A stretch of DNA of 63,847 nt, the filler included, from Rhabdomonas costata (lineage: Eukaryota): NCBI GenBank assembly GCA_019059605.1. It is 39 parts of 39 records of this genome, joined end to end, with 100 filler letters (N's around TTAATTAATTAA, not from the genome) between each part and the next. Parts side by side here need not be neighbours in the genome. Positions count along the whole stretch, not along the records: positions 22,975 to 24,513 come from JAHMHO010013486.1; positions 24,614 to 26,152 come from JAHMHO010013487.1; positions 26,253 to 27,791 come from JAHMHO010013488.1; positions 27,892 to 29,430 come from JAHMHO010013489.1; positions 29,531 to 31,069 come from JAHMHO010013490.1; positions 31,170 to 32,708 come from JAHMHO010013491.1; positions 32,809 to 34,347 come from JAHMHO010013492.1; positions 34,448 to 35,985 come from JAHMHO010013493.1; 31 more parts are not named here. One strand, given 5' to 3'. Made by a program: the position numbers and the translations under genes. This document shows positions 23,992 to 36,429 of the stretch, one piece after another. Within the stretch, counting starts at the first letter, position 1, and every line of letters starts with the position of its first letter. The notes beneath the pieces were generated by a model. That model made no database searches. It was not told where the DNA came from and saw only the letters and a list, made by a program, of their open reading frames with translations.

Positions 23992-25700
23992 GGGGGCGGC
24001 CGAGCAAGGAAAGCGTCAGAGAGGAGCCCAACTTCCAAAAGGGGGCGAGAACCGGGGCCTTACTTCTTCTTGCCCCTCACGATAATCATCACAGGGATAC
24101 TGCGGATGACCAAAAGAGTCACAAAAAAACAAGGGAAAACAACGTCTTTGTCAAAAAGAGCCTGTGCTGAGTAAGGAAAAGTCAAACAAAGCATCGCCAT
24201 CATAAAAAGAAACATAGGAGGAGAAACATAGGAAAAGAAACATAGGAGCCACCCTAAACTTTAACCCATGACTTTTGTCGGAGCAGTTAGATCACACGTT
24301 CTAGGGCTGTTAGTGCGCCGCCTGATGTTTGGGGTTGAAGTGCACCGCGTGGACTAGAAACATGACCCTGCCACCTTTAAAATAGCCCTCCTTTATCTCC
24401 TTTACTTTGGTTTGCACGGTGTACCTAAAGATCTGGAAGGACCGGACTTATACTCCAAAAAAACCGCCGCGCCTTCGACGTGCAAAGCTCAATTGCATAC
24501 CGTAAACCACCAANNNNNNNNNNNNNNNNNNNNNNNNNNNNNNNNNNNNNNNNNNNNTTAATTAATTAANNNNNNNNNNNNNNNNNNNNNNNNNNNNNNN
24601 NNNNNNNNNNNNNAGCGAACTCCACCCACGGTTCGCTACCATATATAGCGTTCGCCGCAGCGGCGCTGGCTTTCGCGCGAAAATAAGCTGTCCCAGGGGT
24701 TCCATTACCGCGTGGAAGCGTTTTGCGCCTTGCGCGGAGTGCATTTTCTCGTGCACTGCTATCAAGTTGCACTCATTTGAGTGATGTTTCGACTGCGAAA
24801 GGGTTTTGTGAGATGGTTGAAGAGAAAGATAATGGAAAACTTTTTATGTGCGCCGTTGAGTAGCGCGAAAATATCACGGCGTGAATAGGGGCGCTACGTA
24901 AAAGTGAATAGCGGTGGGACCAAACAGTCCATTGCCAAACCCACACTGGCATCCTCCTAACACATAACGCACTTATTCCTTCTTCCCCTCTTCCCTCTTC
25001 CTTCACACTGGCAATCCTAAAGGATTTTCACCGACGTTTTCCGTGCCCAGCGGGTCGCTTTCTTCGCCATCGGGCACTGCTGTGATGTACACCTCGCGCC
25101 ACGTGGTGGACGCCTCGAACCCTCAGGGCAGCTACAGCCGCACCACAATCACTCAAGTGCGGCCAGGCGGGCATGCTCCCACCCCCGCCTCCATTCCCAC
25201 ACTCCCGTGAAGCGACAACAAGGAGGCGAAGCACTGGTTTTGACCCGCTTGTGGGCGCATCTAACAAACCCTCATTAACGCTCAGGCGCAGAAGCGCAAA
25301 AGATTCATTCGATGGCCTTCCCATTGCTTCTGTTGCCTGAAATTTTTCATAGTTTTTTTTTTCCACACTTCCTGTCACGTTGTTTTTATTTCACGGGCGC
25401 ACAACCGCGCCTTTCAGCTGCCTTTCACCTGCGTCTACCCGCATAAAATGGCGCAATATAACAAATGCTTTTTGATTAAAAAGTGCTTGCCTTTGCTCGT
25501 GTGCGGGGTGTTTGTAAGGTGGCATGGCACCCATGCCATTTTGTTTGCTCGGACAGACTCGGTTGTGCCGTTGGTTGAGCACTCAAGAAAACATTCCAGA
25601 ATACCAAGAACCATTCTGCCGAAACGTTGTTGGGGATTGCTCAGCACAAACACGATTAACTTTCGCACGCTCTGATGAGGGGAATGGCGCCTCCACTCAG

Positions 25701-26140
25701 GGTTTTGGAGTCGCGCACCGCTGTGGAGGATGGACGCATGGGGAAGCAGAGCGTGTGCCTGCGGAGACAGCTGAGCGATCGCTTCTGTGAGGTCCACCGC
25801 AGCCGGGACTTGGGCAGTGGGGAGGAGACCACCCGGCGCGTGCTGCACAACGTGGAGAATGATGTATGCGCGGCCTGCCCTGTCTCCACGTGCGTGCGAG
25901 CGGGATGTGTCTGCTGAGAAGCTCCATCTGCGTCGTTTCTCATCGCGCATGCACACATACACACATCACGTTCGGTGCGTTTCACCACCACCACTTCAAT
26001 GGAAAGAGTGAATTGCCCCTCGCCAGGCTCGCCTAAATTAAGGCGGTTTGTGTCCCCACAGGACATGGATGCGTTTGACCAGCAGTGGCAACGAGCTGCG
26101 GCGCGTGGTGCGGATCCTCACCACGCGCCGCAGCTCGTTG
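25701..26140 (+). CDS. MLF: Myeloid leukemia factor (MLF) family protein (exons 25701-25863, 26062 onward)
   Basis: VLESRTAVEDGRMGKQSV..RRQLSDR...HRSRDLGSGEE...HNVEND-DMDAFDQQWQ parallels MLF ETRKTVRDS.SG.E.M.IGHHI.DR...RSRN..TGD.EE....N......FD.EW. Confidence 0.75.
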
Positions 26141-27501
26141 CCACACACAAAANNNNNNNNNNNNNNNNNNNNNNNNNNNNNNNNNNNNNNNNNNNNTTAA
26201 TTAATTAANNNNNNNNNNNNNNNNNNNNNNNNNNNNNNNNNNNNNNNNNNNNGTTTTGGTGGGTGTGTTGTGTTGTGGGAGGGACGGGAGGGCTCGCTCG
26301 GGAGGGCCCGAAGTTTGTTTGAGTTTTTGTTGCGGCCAAAAATATGTGACAAAGCTCAAAAGAAAAAGGTCCCTGAAAAGGAAAATAATTGTGCATCTTT
26401 GTTCCATCTTGGTCAATGTTGGGACAAAAACTGCGGTAGACCTCTCTCACCGTTGACTTTTCGGCGGATGGGGGGGGGGCGATATTGAGGACGCAGATGC
26501 TATTTAAGCGCAATATTTGCCTATTTTTGGTTGGTCCCCGTGGTCACCAGATAGGTGTTGTGTGGCTGGACATGGCTCGCTTTACGTGGTACGCGCTTGA
26601 ACACTTTCAGGCAAATTGCGTTGCTTTTCTCGCTGCCTGCTAGAGAACTATCGAAAACCAAGCCCAAAAACAGCACGCCACCACACCAACCTGCACAAAT
26701 GTCCGAAAAGCAATGAATGGCCGTAAAAATTCCTCAAGGTGCACCATGAAACGGACTTCACGTCTTCTTTTCCGGAAAAACAGCAGACGTATTTTTTGGC
26801 CGGAACCCAAAACCTCAGAACTTGACGTGTTCCGGGACAACGTGAACCAGCGTTGGACCAGAAGCAGCGACAGGTAGGGTTATGCTAATACTGCGCCACC
26901 GGCTAACTGGATTGATACGACATGTGATGTCAGCTTTGGGTCAGAGATGACGAAGCCCAGTTCACACCGCGACATGGCAACACTAATAGCCCCAAGAGGG
27001 GAGGGAAGTGAGGACTGTTTGAGGTGAGGGCTGGAAGGATGGAACACAATGAGATATGGCGAAGTCCAAAAAGGGACTCAGGTGAAGCCAGTGTCCGAGC
27101 CTCGCGAGTGGGCCAGCAATGTGGTCTGAGGGGCGTTTTTGACTCGGAACAGAAGAAGAAAAGAGGATGAATGGATCAAGCGGGAATGAAAAAGAAGGAA
27201 CTTGCCTCCTTGCCGATGAAGTCCTCAACCCCCTCCATCCCTCCCCGCCGCCGACGAATGTCCGACAAACCCCCTGCCTTGGGCCACTTGATGGACCCCC
27301 GCTGTATGGAGGCTGTACAGCCCTGAGGCATGGGCACACTGTGGCCGGTGGCTAAAAAGCAGTACATCAGTGTGGGCAATGGTGAGCGCGTGTGCTGTGG
27401 TAGGGTCCTTCCTAGGCTCTATTCCGCTGCTTCTCCTTCCCTTCCCCTGACCCCAAAACAAATCTCAAGCCGTGGTTCCACGCTTCTCTCCCTTCCTTCA
27501 G

Positions 27502-27687
27502 GCCCTGCACTCGGAGCTCTACTCAGGCCTCCCCGTGGTGCTGGTGCGGAACTGGAGCGCTTTGCGGCCTCCCGTGCTGGCCCCGCTGTGGGCAGAGCTG
27601 CGGCACCGCGCCGCCTACGACCGTGCCGTGCTTCGGGCGGAGTGGTGGGTCACTCACATTCTCCGGGAGATCCTCCGCACTCCCTGA
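27502..27687 (+). CDS. Exostosin/GT47-like glycosyltransferase, terminal exon
   Basis: ELYSGLPVVLVRNWS...LRAEWW resembles the LYxxLPVLxVxDW...YW tail of exostosin-like proteins; AG acceptor and TGA stop. Confidence 0.55.
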   Translation, partial: ALHSELYSGLPVVLVRNWSALRPPVLAPLWAELRHRAAYDRAVLRAEWWVTHILREILRTP

Positions 27688-28105
27688 CCATCCGTCAGCC
27701 TTCCACTCAAATTTCTTGACTTCCACTGGGCCGCAGCCCATGTCATTTGGATGGTTCCGCAGAACAGGGAGTGAACGACGCAGGGTGGAACNNNNNNNNN
27801 NNNNNNNNNNNNNNNNNNNNNNNNNNNNNNNNNNNTTAATTAATTAANNNNNNNNNNNNNNNNNNNNNNNNNNNNNNNNNNNNNNNNNNNNGTGGTGTGT
27901 GATTTTTTTATGTGAGTGGTGGTGGTGGGGGCAAAAGACTAATCTTGCATTGGTCCTTCTGCTGCTGTGATTTCAGCGCTTCACTGCGCCTTGCTGCTAG
28001 CACTTGCCACATTGGCAAACCGAGGCGAGCAACCTCTTTATTATAACTATAATTGCGTCAGCCAGCGCACTGCAATGTGAGTGCAGGGTGCAGGGGAGCG
28101 TTGAT

Positions 28106-28340
28106 ACCTCCCGTAACCTCTCCGAGGCCAGACCCTCGCTGCGGCCGAGATCCTCGCGGGTGCGCGCCAGCACTTCCGACTGCCGGCCGTGCTCCTCCCG
28201 CTGCTGCTCCAGAGCCGCCGTCAGCTCCGCCACCCGCCGCTCCAGCTCGCCCCCCTTCGCCCGCGCCTCGGCCCACCCACGAGCGCACTCATAGTAGCCT
28301 CCCTTGTAGGTGTAGTCGTAGGGTTGATGATGGATGGCTG
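28106..28340 (-). CDS. Coiled-coil protein exon
   Basis: ELERRVAELTAALEQQREEH...LARTREDL heptad pattern; GC3-rich codons. Confidence 0.5.
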
Positions 28341-29577
28341 CATGCAGGCTGTGGATGAAGCAAGCTAATAGTTTTTGCACCACTCAAGTGAGAAAAGTTC
28401 TTGTCATAATACTGCACCCCTTCCCCAGGAGTTTCGACACTGTACCCCCAGTGGCGATACCCGAATTACGAAGCAATGTACGTACCGTTTCGGGGTCTGT
28501 AATTTGTCTCGAGTCTCGGGCGAGCGTGTGTGATGGAGGGGGAGTGCAGTTTCGTTTGCAACCCAATACTCTGCAGCACTAATCCTGTGTGAAGCGAGCG
28601 GAAAACTACTTGAGTACGGAGTTTGGGCGGGGACGCAGGGGTGGAGGCGAACTTGGAAAAACTATCCCTCACCCTCTCCTCTCCTGGGACACCTGCAAAA
28701 GGCGAATGTAGCTAACCTGCCACTGCTGCGCTGCGATGAACTGTGGGCATCTCTTTGGCTGAAGTCCAATCGGTCAGTGTGGCGACTTGAGGCTGATTTC
28801 TTCTGTGCTGCTCATTTCAATGCCGTCAATTGACCGTTTCAAACCTTGACCTGGAACCTCTCAAAATGCGGCCATTTGGTTGGTGGTGGTTGCAAGTCCC
28901 CACATGGTGGGTCTGCCGAAATGCATGCACCACACCCCTACAAGGGTTTCTCGCCCCAGTGTTGGGCGCCGAGTTGGGGAGGACACGGAGTTTCTTACAT
29001 TTTTGTACACGCGTTTTTGTACATTAGCCTGGGACGCGTGGGGCAGGCGGAGGGTCTTGGCCTGTTGTCTGGTCAGCCGGCACCCCACTTCTGACAAGAG
29101 CCATAGGACTCTCCGTGCGAGCACTCAGGCTGCGCACGTCTTAGGTTAGGGGCAGCCGTTCTTTCCATGATCGCTCATGCGTGTGTGTGTGTGTGTGTGT
29201 GTTTCTTTTCCGTCTTTTCATGTCACAAACATACACAAACGCGAACAAACAGACACAACTGTCCCTAGGTCAAAGAAACAAACACTCCCTTAGAGAACGT
29301 GGGAAGCAATAACTTCTCAGATCGTACAGTTGCGATACTCAATCCACGGGCTTCAACAAAGAAGATAAGCCCATTAATGTTGGGAAGGGAGGGGCAACCG
29401 CGGACCCAAAACCCCAACCACACCCAACACNNNNNNNNNNNNNNNNNNNNNNNNNNNNNNNNNNNNNNNNNNNNTTAATTAATTAANNNNNNNNNNNNNN
29501 NNNNNNNNNNNNNNNNNNNNNNNNNNNNNNGTGGTGGGGGTCTTCTAACGAAAACAAGCTGTGGGAAGGGAGCATGC

Positions 29578-30651
29578 CTCATCCAGAGTTAGCCTCCAGC
29601 CCTTTGGATGCTGCGGCACACCCAAAGTCTTGGAGACTAGGATGCACGGGGGAAGGGCCCCAGGCTCTGGGCCACTGCCAATGACAAAGACCACCTGAGG
29701 GGCGTCCTCCTCGTAGGAATCGTCCCCAGGCGCCCCGCCCGCGCACCCACCTGCAAAGGCAGCAAGCAGCGGAGAGACAGCCAACACGGTCAGACTGGTT
29801 TTGTTTGCAGCACACGAGCACTATTGCTAAAAATACCTTCTTCTTCCATTCTCGTTTGTCTTGTCAAATTTCGGCCTTTTTTTGTCCTATTGATCTGTTT
29901 TTGTGCTATAGATGACAAATTCCCATCTTGCCATGCTTCGATTTTGCTTTTCAAGGCATGCTCATGCTTCTGTTCAAAGAGACATGTCTTCTTCTTTTTC
30001 ATTCATGTCCGCTGATAAAGTGTGTGATTGCCTGTGCTGAACCTATTCACTCTGCCTTCGGTTCCAAGTCGATGGAAAGACCAACCTCATCCCCCACAAA
30101 ACAGAGGAAGTGAGCGAGCTGTGGCGAACAAGAAGTGTGCCCAAAAATGATAGAAATAATGCTTTTATATGCTAACTAGTGCTTTTATGGGCCCCTTCCT
30201 AAAAGCGCAGTAGGTCAGGAGGTGATGCATAGGTCCCCTGGGATTCTAATAGAGGTCCACTGGGACTCGTTCCAGGGTGCCTTGGACCGCGGAGCGCAGC
30301 GTAGAAGCCCAAGATCCTAGGAGATTTCATTTGTTGGATATGGATGTGCGTGCTAAGCGTTTTTTTTTGGGGGGGGGCACTTAAACGCACTTATGCCCAG
30401 GAATGAACAGGAAGAGCAGGACCTTTGCTGCTGGGGAATGACGGGAAGCCCGAGCGCAGGGCTTCCTTCCCATGGGCAGCAGCCGCACTGCCACGGAACA
30501 CGACGCGAGCATAGGACGCCCTCTCCTGGAGACGCTTTCCGCTGACTACGACAAATGGGACCCCAGTCCATGGGGACTCCCCAGGAGGGCTTCCCGTGCC
30601 CTCCCCAATCGTCAACACGGCGGCGGCATAAGTGGCGGTCGACCAGCATCC
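29578..30651 (-). CDS. H6PD: Hexose-6-phosphate dehydrogenase-type G6PD C-terminal domain (exons 30423-30651, about 29578-29750)
   Basis: STATYAAAVLTI...WTGVPFVVVSGKRLQERASYARVVFR and PQVVFVIGSG....PCILVSKTL match H6PD TPTFAAVLV..WEGVPFILMSGKALDERVGYARILFK and RQLVFHIGHG..PAVLVSRNL. Confidence 0.8.
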
Positions 30652-31382
30652 CTTGCAAAAGGGACCCAGAAAAAAGCGGATTGTTTGTTTATGTGAAGGT
30701 TGAGGGTTCCTTTGGAGGACATGGCGGCGATGAGTGGTGCGCAGTTGCTGATTCTCCTGGCAGGAAACAACCCTTCAGCCTTTTCGAATGTACCCGGGGT
30801 CTCGTGGCAGGCGCGAAGCCCATTCTTCGCTACTGTTGTTAGAAGGCAACAGCGCTAGTGCATTTACGCCCCCCCCCTGCCCTGGCAGGGTGGGCCCACC
30901 CCTTGTGAGCTACAAAATTTTGTGGGCACCTTTCCTTAGGGACAAGACAAGAAAAAAGCCTTACACAGGATTTCCATAGAAGATTTTGTATGGGGTTAAG
31001 TTTGCGATGCAAACGTCCCGAATACAGCTACTGTTTTGTAGGAGGTTAAGTTTGGGATGACCCAACCAANNNNNNNNNNNNNNNNNNNNNNNNNNNNNNN
31101 NNNNNNNNNNNNNTTAATTAATTAANNNNNNNNNNNNNNNNNNNNNNNNNNNNNNNNNNNNNNNNNNNNTCTCCGGTCTGTGGGTGGATGCTTCTTCTGA
31201 AATTGATCGAAATGATCTGAACGCTCGGATATTGTGTGATCAGGTGTCACAAATGAGCACTGCAAAGGAAGGGTACGTTCAACCTTTGGTTATCCGTGGC
31301 CTCCCTCTCCCTTGGGAATCCACAGGAAAAGGGTTTCGACTCCGCCGCTGAGCCTGCCATCCTCTTGCAATGCGTTGGTCAG

Positions 31383-32121
31383 CACCACGGCTCCGGGCAC
31401 CACTGCGCGGGCATCTGTGCGGGCCTTTGACCTGCTGTGCCTGAACGGTAACCCCGTGCTGGACCAGCCGCTGGAGGCTCGGCGAGATCTCCTGGAACGG
31501 TTTCAGCGCTTCCGACTTTTGTTTGCCTCGTTGTGTGTTTCTTCTCTTCCTGTGTCGCTGTGATGGTTCTCGCTCCTCTCTCCCAGGAACTTCTTTGAGG
31601 GCAGCCTGTTTCGTCTCACGGAGCAGGGCGCCCTGCAAGATATCTGCCCAGAGCAGTTCTTTCGGAATGCATTGAAGCTGCAGGTGGGTGAAATGTGTGT
31701 GTGCTCGCGCGCAAGTCACCTTGAAAGCAGGAAGGGTGCTCATGTGTGATGTTGCTTCCCGTGCGGACGTGGAAGGGTTAGGTGTGCATCACAGGGGAAG
31801 ACGCCCCTGCCTGAATCAAGGCAGGCGTGAAATTGTGGTGTGACACACATTTGCTCACAGCGAAAAATCAACGCTTGCCACACTGCGCTTGAGTAGTTCC
31901 CTTTTTTCGGAAGCCAAACATGGTTACACACGACAAAACCTGGCAGAACAGTTTAGTAGCACCATAGCGCACAGGCCGGCTCGCAAAAAACCACGGCAGA
32001 GGTTTTAACCGCACCTGTGTCTCTGATCACCACGCAGTGCGACGGGGTGGTGTACAAGAGGAAGGGCAGTGTGTACGAGGTGGGCAAGCGCCCCGGGACC
32101 TGGGTGAAGCGCAAGGAGATG
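31383..32121 (+). CDS. ATP-dependent DNA ligase, adenylation domain (exons 31383-31499, 31587-31683, 32038-32121)
   Basis: Motif IIIa AFDLLCLNG...PLEARRDLL, motif IV CDGVVYK and motif V YEVGKRPGTWVKRK; phase-compatible introns. Confidence 0.88.
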
Positions 32122-33214
32122 GTGTGCTGCCTTGCCCCCCCCCCCATAACTTTTATGGCTCAAAAAATGCTTCCTTCGATGCTGGTGGGTGCAAGAATTA
32201 TTGCAATGCGGTGGTTTTAAGGTCGATAAAGCAGGAGTATGTGAGGCAAGTTAGTTGTGGACTAGCCTGCGTTCACCTCATGCACGTCACACATTCGCGC
32301 ACTTCCGTCCGCTCGGCTGTCTCTCTCTTCCAGAGGGTTTTTGTTGCCAGGCAGGTGGCTTTGACACAACCTAAAAGAATCAAGCTGGTGCTGTTCACAC
32401 TCCAATCCTGAGGTTATGCACTGAGGTTATAGATGTTGTAGGAAAGACATAAGGCTGTCTGTTGGCATTCCTCTCCAAAAAGATCGGGAACGTTCTCATC
32501 CTCAAGCATGAACCCGAGTTGGGCGCTCTCATCATCTTCTCTGGACGGTTCTCTGGTTTCGCTAAGTACTTTGTAAACGGGTTGTGCCCCTCAAAGAGTA
32601 GCGAAATGTTGTCCATTTGAAGAGGAGAATTTCCGTGGTGGGACATCTCGCAGCAAACCCTCGACCTTGTGCCCGTGGGGGCCTTTGCTGGGAGATGTCC
32701 CACCACACNNNNNNNNNNNNNNNNNNNNNNNNNNNNNNNNNNNNNNNNNNNNTTAATTAATTAANNNNNNNNNNNNNNNNNNNNNNNNNNNNNNNNNNNN
32801 NNNNNNNNGGGGGGTGTGTTTGGTGGTGGGGGTTAAATAGTACAGCGTTGTTATGGTGGTAGGAGTGGTAGGTTTATTTTAGGAACGGCCACCGCGTGTC
32901 GTGCCGCGGGTCCAGAGTGTGCGGGGACGTTGCATGGAAAGATAATGTCCGTCTTACGTGAAAGGAAACGACAAAAACCTAAAATCTAGGACTTGGGATG
33001 GCAGTTGAAATAACAGTTTTGTGGAGGACGGCGACGACCCTGCCCTCATTCACTGTGCACTATGGGAGGCTGCGGTTTTTGCACCTTGTCCAGTGAAACT
33101 TTGCAGGTTTTTTTTTTGCAGATCGCTTGGACACTCCCCTTCTCCTGTGCAGCAGCTCAACGGACCCTCCACCTTTCAGCCGATCAAAAAAAGAAGTCAA
33201 AAAATGGTCACAAC

Positions 33215-34334
33215 CAAAACGGACAGTCAAGTCGCCGGTGTTGCAACCCACATCCAATACTCGACTGTGAACGAAGCAATCCTGCAAAAGAGCAATGACC
33301 AACTGGTGAAAAACGGGGCAGATGCGAAGAAGCACCGAAGAAATGATAAAATAGCGTAATGAGTAGCAGCTCACAAAGTAAATCAATGGCCCACAAGCCC
33401 GTCAGTCAGGTTGTCAAAGTCATGCCTTTGTGCAATTCTTGGTCACCCAGCAGTCGGAGTGCGCAGAACAAGTGCAGCATCACTTGAAATTCGAATTTAC
33501 AAGAATTTGAACTTACGAGAAAAAATACACAGAAACGTGAAAGACACAGACCCTTTTAAGACGCAGAGCAGGAAGGCGAGTTTCCTCTCGCCTTTCATAA
33601 TAGGATTGGTAATTGCCATGTCTTTCGGTGCCATACTGGATGGGCCGTCCTGCGCGAACGGGAAGCAAACCCAAACGCGGGCAATTCAAGAGCAAACCTT
33701 CCAAAGAGGGGACTGTGCACCTGTTGCTTTTGGCAAGACATCATCGCGCTGCAAAAAACCAATGACACAAAAAACACTGAAGATCAAATGAACGACACGG
33801 AGTCTGCGCGAGTGCTCCAACATGAGAATACAGCGGTCAGACTCAAACGCCAAAAATAAGGCAACAAGCAGGGCGCAAAAGACAAGGGGACAGAGTTTGA
33901 CCCCACTCAAAAAGAAACATACCGCAATCAGCGAAAACGGGACTTATTGGCGTTTATTTTTATGCACAAATAACAAATGATAACAATATTAAATAACAGC
34001 GGTGCAAGAAAAAAAACACCAGCTCTGTGCAAGTATATATGACGTCGGTAGCGCTGCAGCAGTTCCCCATTTTGCTGTCCAAGTCTGCAGGCTCCTATAA
34101 GAGAGAACACGGGAAAGACAGCATAAAACAAACGAAGCAAGAAGAAATGCGCGCAAAAGCAAAGCTAACTATCGAGCGAGGAGAAAGGACACTGCATACC
34201 GCATGACTGAAGGCGCATCCAGCTCCTTTCTTGCACCGTCCTTTCAAATAGAAAATGCATGCTGTTTTGGGATAGTTCCAATATCGACACTTTTCGCCAA
34301 AACGGCAAGGCCCCAGGTTCAAGCAGGGATGTTT
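33215..34334 (-). CDS. MEPCE: Bin3/MEPCE-type RNA methyltransferase with an upstream CCCH zinc-finger exon (34200-34334, 33552-33649, about 33215-33281, plus probable small exons)
   Basis: HGNYQSYYERR..TRL...DCFVHSRVLDVGCNTGDLT matches Bin3 YGNY..YY..R...RL.....F....VLD.GCN.G.LT; CIFYLKGRCKKGAGCAFSH is C-x7-C-x5-C-x3-H. Confidence 0.8.
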
Positions 34335-34786
34335 CTGTGAAAATAAANNNNNNNNNNNNNNNNNNNNNNNNNNNNNNNNNNNNNNNNNNNNTTAATTAAT
34401 TAANNNNNNNNNNNNNNNNNNNNNNNNNNNNNNNNNNNNNNNNNNNNTTGGGCATTCATCATTCTGTTCTCATGTTCTCCTTTTAATACTTACCTTCATT
34501 CAAAGGAAGGTAAGTATTAAAAGGAGAACATGAGAACAGAATGATGAATGTCCATCCAGGACCGAGCAGACACATAGGGCCGATATTTGCATAGAACACA
34601 TCAAATGACAACAAACTCGACAAATGGGAAGTGTGCCACCGACCATTTGTGCATCGTTTTACATCGTTCGATGTCAATACAGACTCTGGAGGTCATCTTT
34701 GGGTTAATGGGAAGGAGGCGCTGTTCTTCCGCAGTTTCTCAGCCATGTGCCAAGGGCGCTCCATCACGAGCAAAGGAAATGGGAAC

Positions 34787-35436
34787 CTTGAGCTCATCCA
34801 AAAACTCGTTGGGCAGCAGGTTCAGCGGGGTGCCAATGTGCGGGCACCAGTTAAGGTACCCGTGCGCCGCCCCCTCGTGCCGCACTACAAACCCAGTACG
34901 GTCGCCAAGAGACTCGTGCTCCAACTCTACCGTGGCACCATCCACCAGAGCGGAGCCCTCACACACCATCTTCACCCCGTGAGCCTGCCGGGGGGCGGGG
35001 AGCCACCAGCGTGAACGCAGGCCGAACAGCTAAAACCATCTGTGTTGGAGCGAAGCACTTGATTCGCCACGCCGAATCAAAGCACGTTCTCTCGTCGAGA
35101 ATTCTGGAAGAGCCGGAAGACCCATCCGTCGATACGTGATCACTTTCCTGAATATCTTGGATTGGCAGAGGTCAGTTCCCTAAGGCACACGCGATGATAC
35201 AGCTGTGAACAAGTACGACGTAACAGACACTCAAACGTTAAAGAATGGGGAGGACCTGCTGCAGCTCGTCTGAGAGCTTTTCCAGAAGCTGCGGGGAGAG
35301 CAGCAACCCCAGAACCAGCTGGCGAAGGCCCAAGCAGGACAGCACAACCCTGAGGCTGTGCACGGCGGTGCGGAGGAGGTCCTCAGGCATCTCCACCGCG
35401 TCCACGCAGAGCAGGAGGGTTTGAGTAGAGGTTCCT
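34787..35436 (-). CDS. Rieske [2Fe-2S] domain protein with N-terminal extension (exons 35256-35436, 34787-34984)
   Basis: GFVVRHEGAAHGYLNWCPHIGTPL..LPNEFLD is Rieske box 1 (CxH); box 2 was not found in the contig. Confidence 0.8.
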
Positions 35437-36429
35437 CTGTGCCAGGAAGGAGAGTAGAAAGGATGCACAGTCACGTCACAACATTCAGCTCTGGCCTCGG
35501 GGGAGGGGGGAAGGCAAGGAAGTACCATTTGGTGTGAGGTTATGCATTACTCTTTGCAGCGGCTCCTCTAGGGAAAATACTGCGATGTTTCGCGACTTAA
35601 AGCAGTGCAAGATAACGATAAGTAACGATAAGTAATAAATTTCACCCAAGCTCGTGAGACCAACGGAACACATTCTTGAGGGAGAACCTCAAAACTCAGA
35701 GGAGGACTTTTCAGTCAGAGAGACTCGCCCCCTCACTGTTGCGTTTGATGTGTGTAAATCGCTTTCTTCAGGCCCTAAACCCTCAATTCGCCACATCCTT
35801 GCGTTGTCCGTTGAGAAAGCTGAAAGTCTAGATCATGTCGCATTGCCGCCATCCCTCCCCTCTCCTCCCACCATTATATAATTTTGTGCCGCCCCGCTAA
35901 ATCCAAAACCTCACGCGTCGCCTCCAATCCAGCGCACCTCAGGGCTCGCCGCACGAGGTCCCCAGGTGAGGCCTTCCCCCCCAACNNNNNNNNNNNNNNN
36001 NNNNNNNNNNNNNNNNNNNNNNNNNNNNNTTAATTAATTAANNNNNNNNNNNNNNNNNNNNNNNNNNNNNNNNNNNNNNNNNNNNTGTGGTGGGTGTGGT
36101 TGGGGTTTTTTTGAGACATAGCGAGAAGACGAGAAGGGAACTTTTGGAAACACAAGGTTTCGTCTAGATGCAAACAAGGATGCGATGCAATGCTGCATGC
36201 TGGCACTTCCTGGCGCTCGTGCTGCCACTGCACCCTCTACCTGCCCTAACTGCAGGGCTTTTCGACTTGGAACCACCGACCCACCTGGAGTCCCGTTTTT
36301 TTGCCTGGATCTCAGCATTGATTCTGGCGAATATGCTTCCCCCCACAACGTTAGCTTTGGGGTCACTCTCCATTTTGTTTTCCATGGTGAGTTCAGCGGT
36401 GTCTTTTTTTCTCGTGAACGACTCTCCAG

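Noticed and set aside
34453-34550. 45-bp perfect hairpin as a MITE or terminator
   Set aside because: It is perfect, terminal and has a tiny loop; same artefact class as the other contig-end hairpins.
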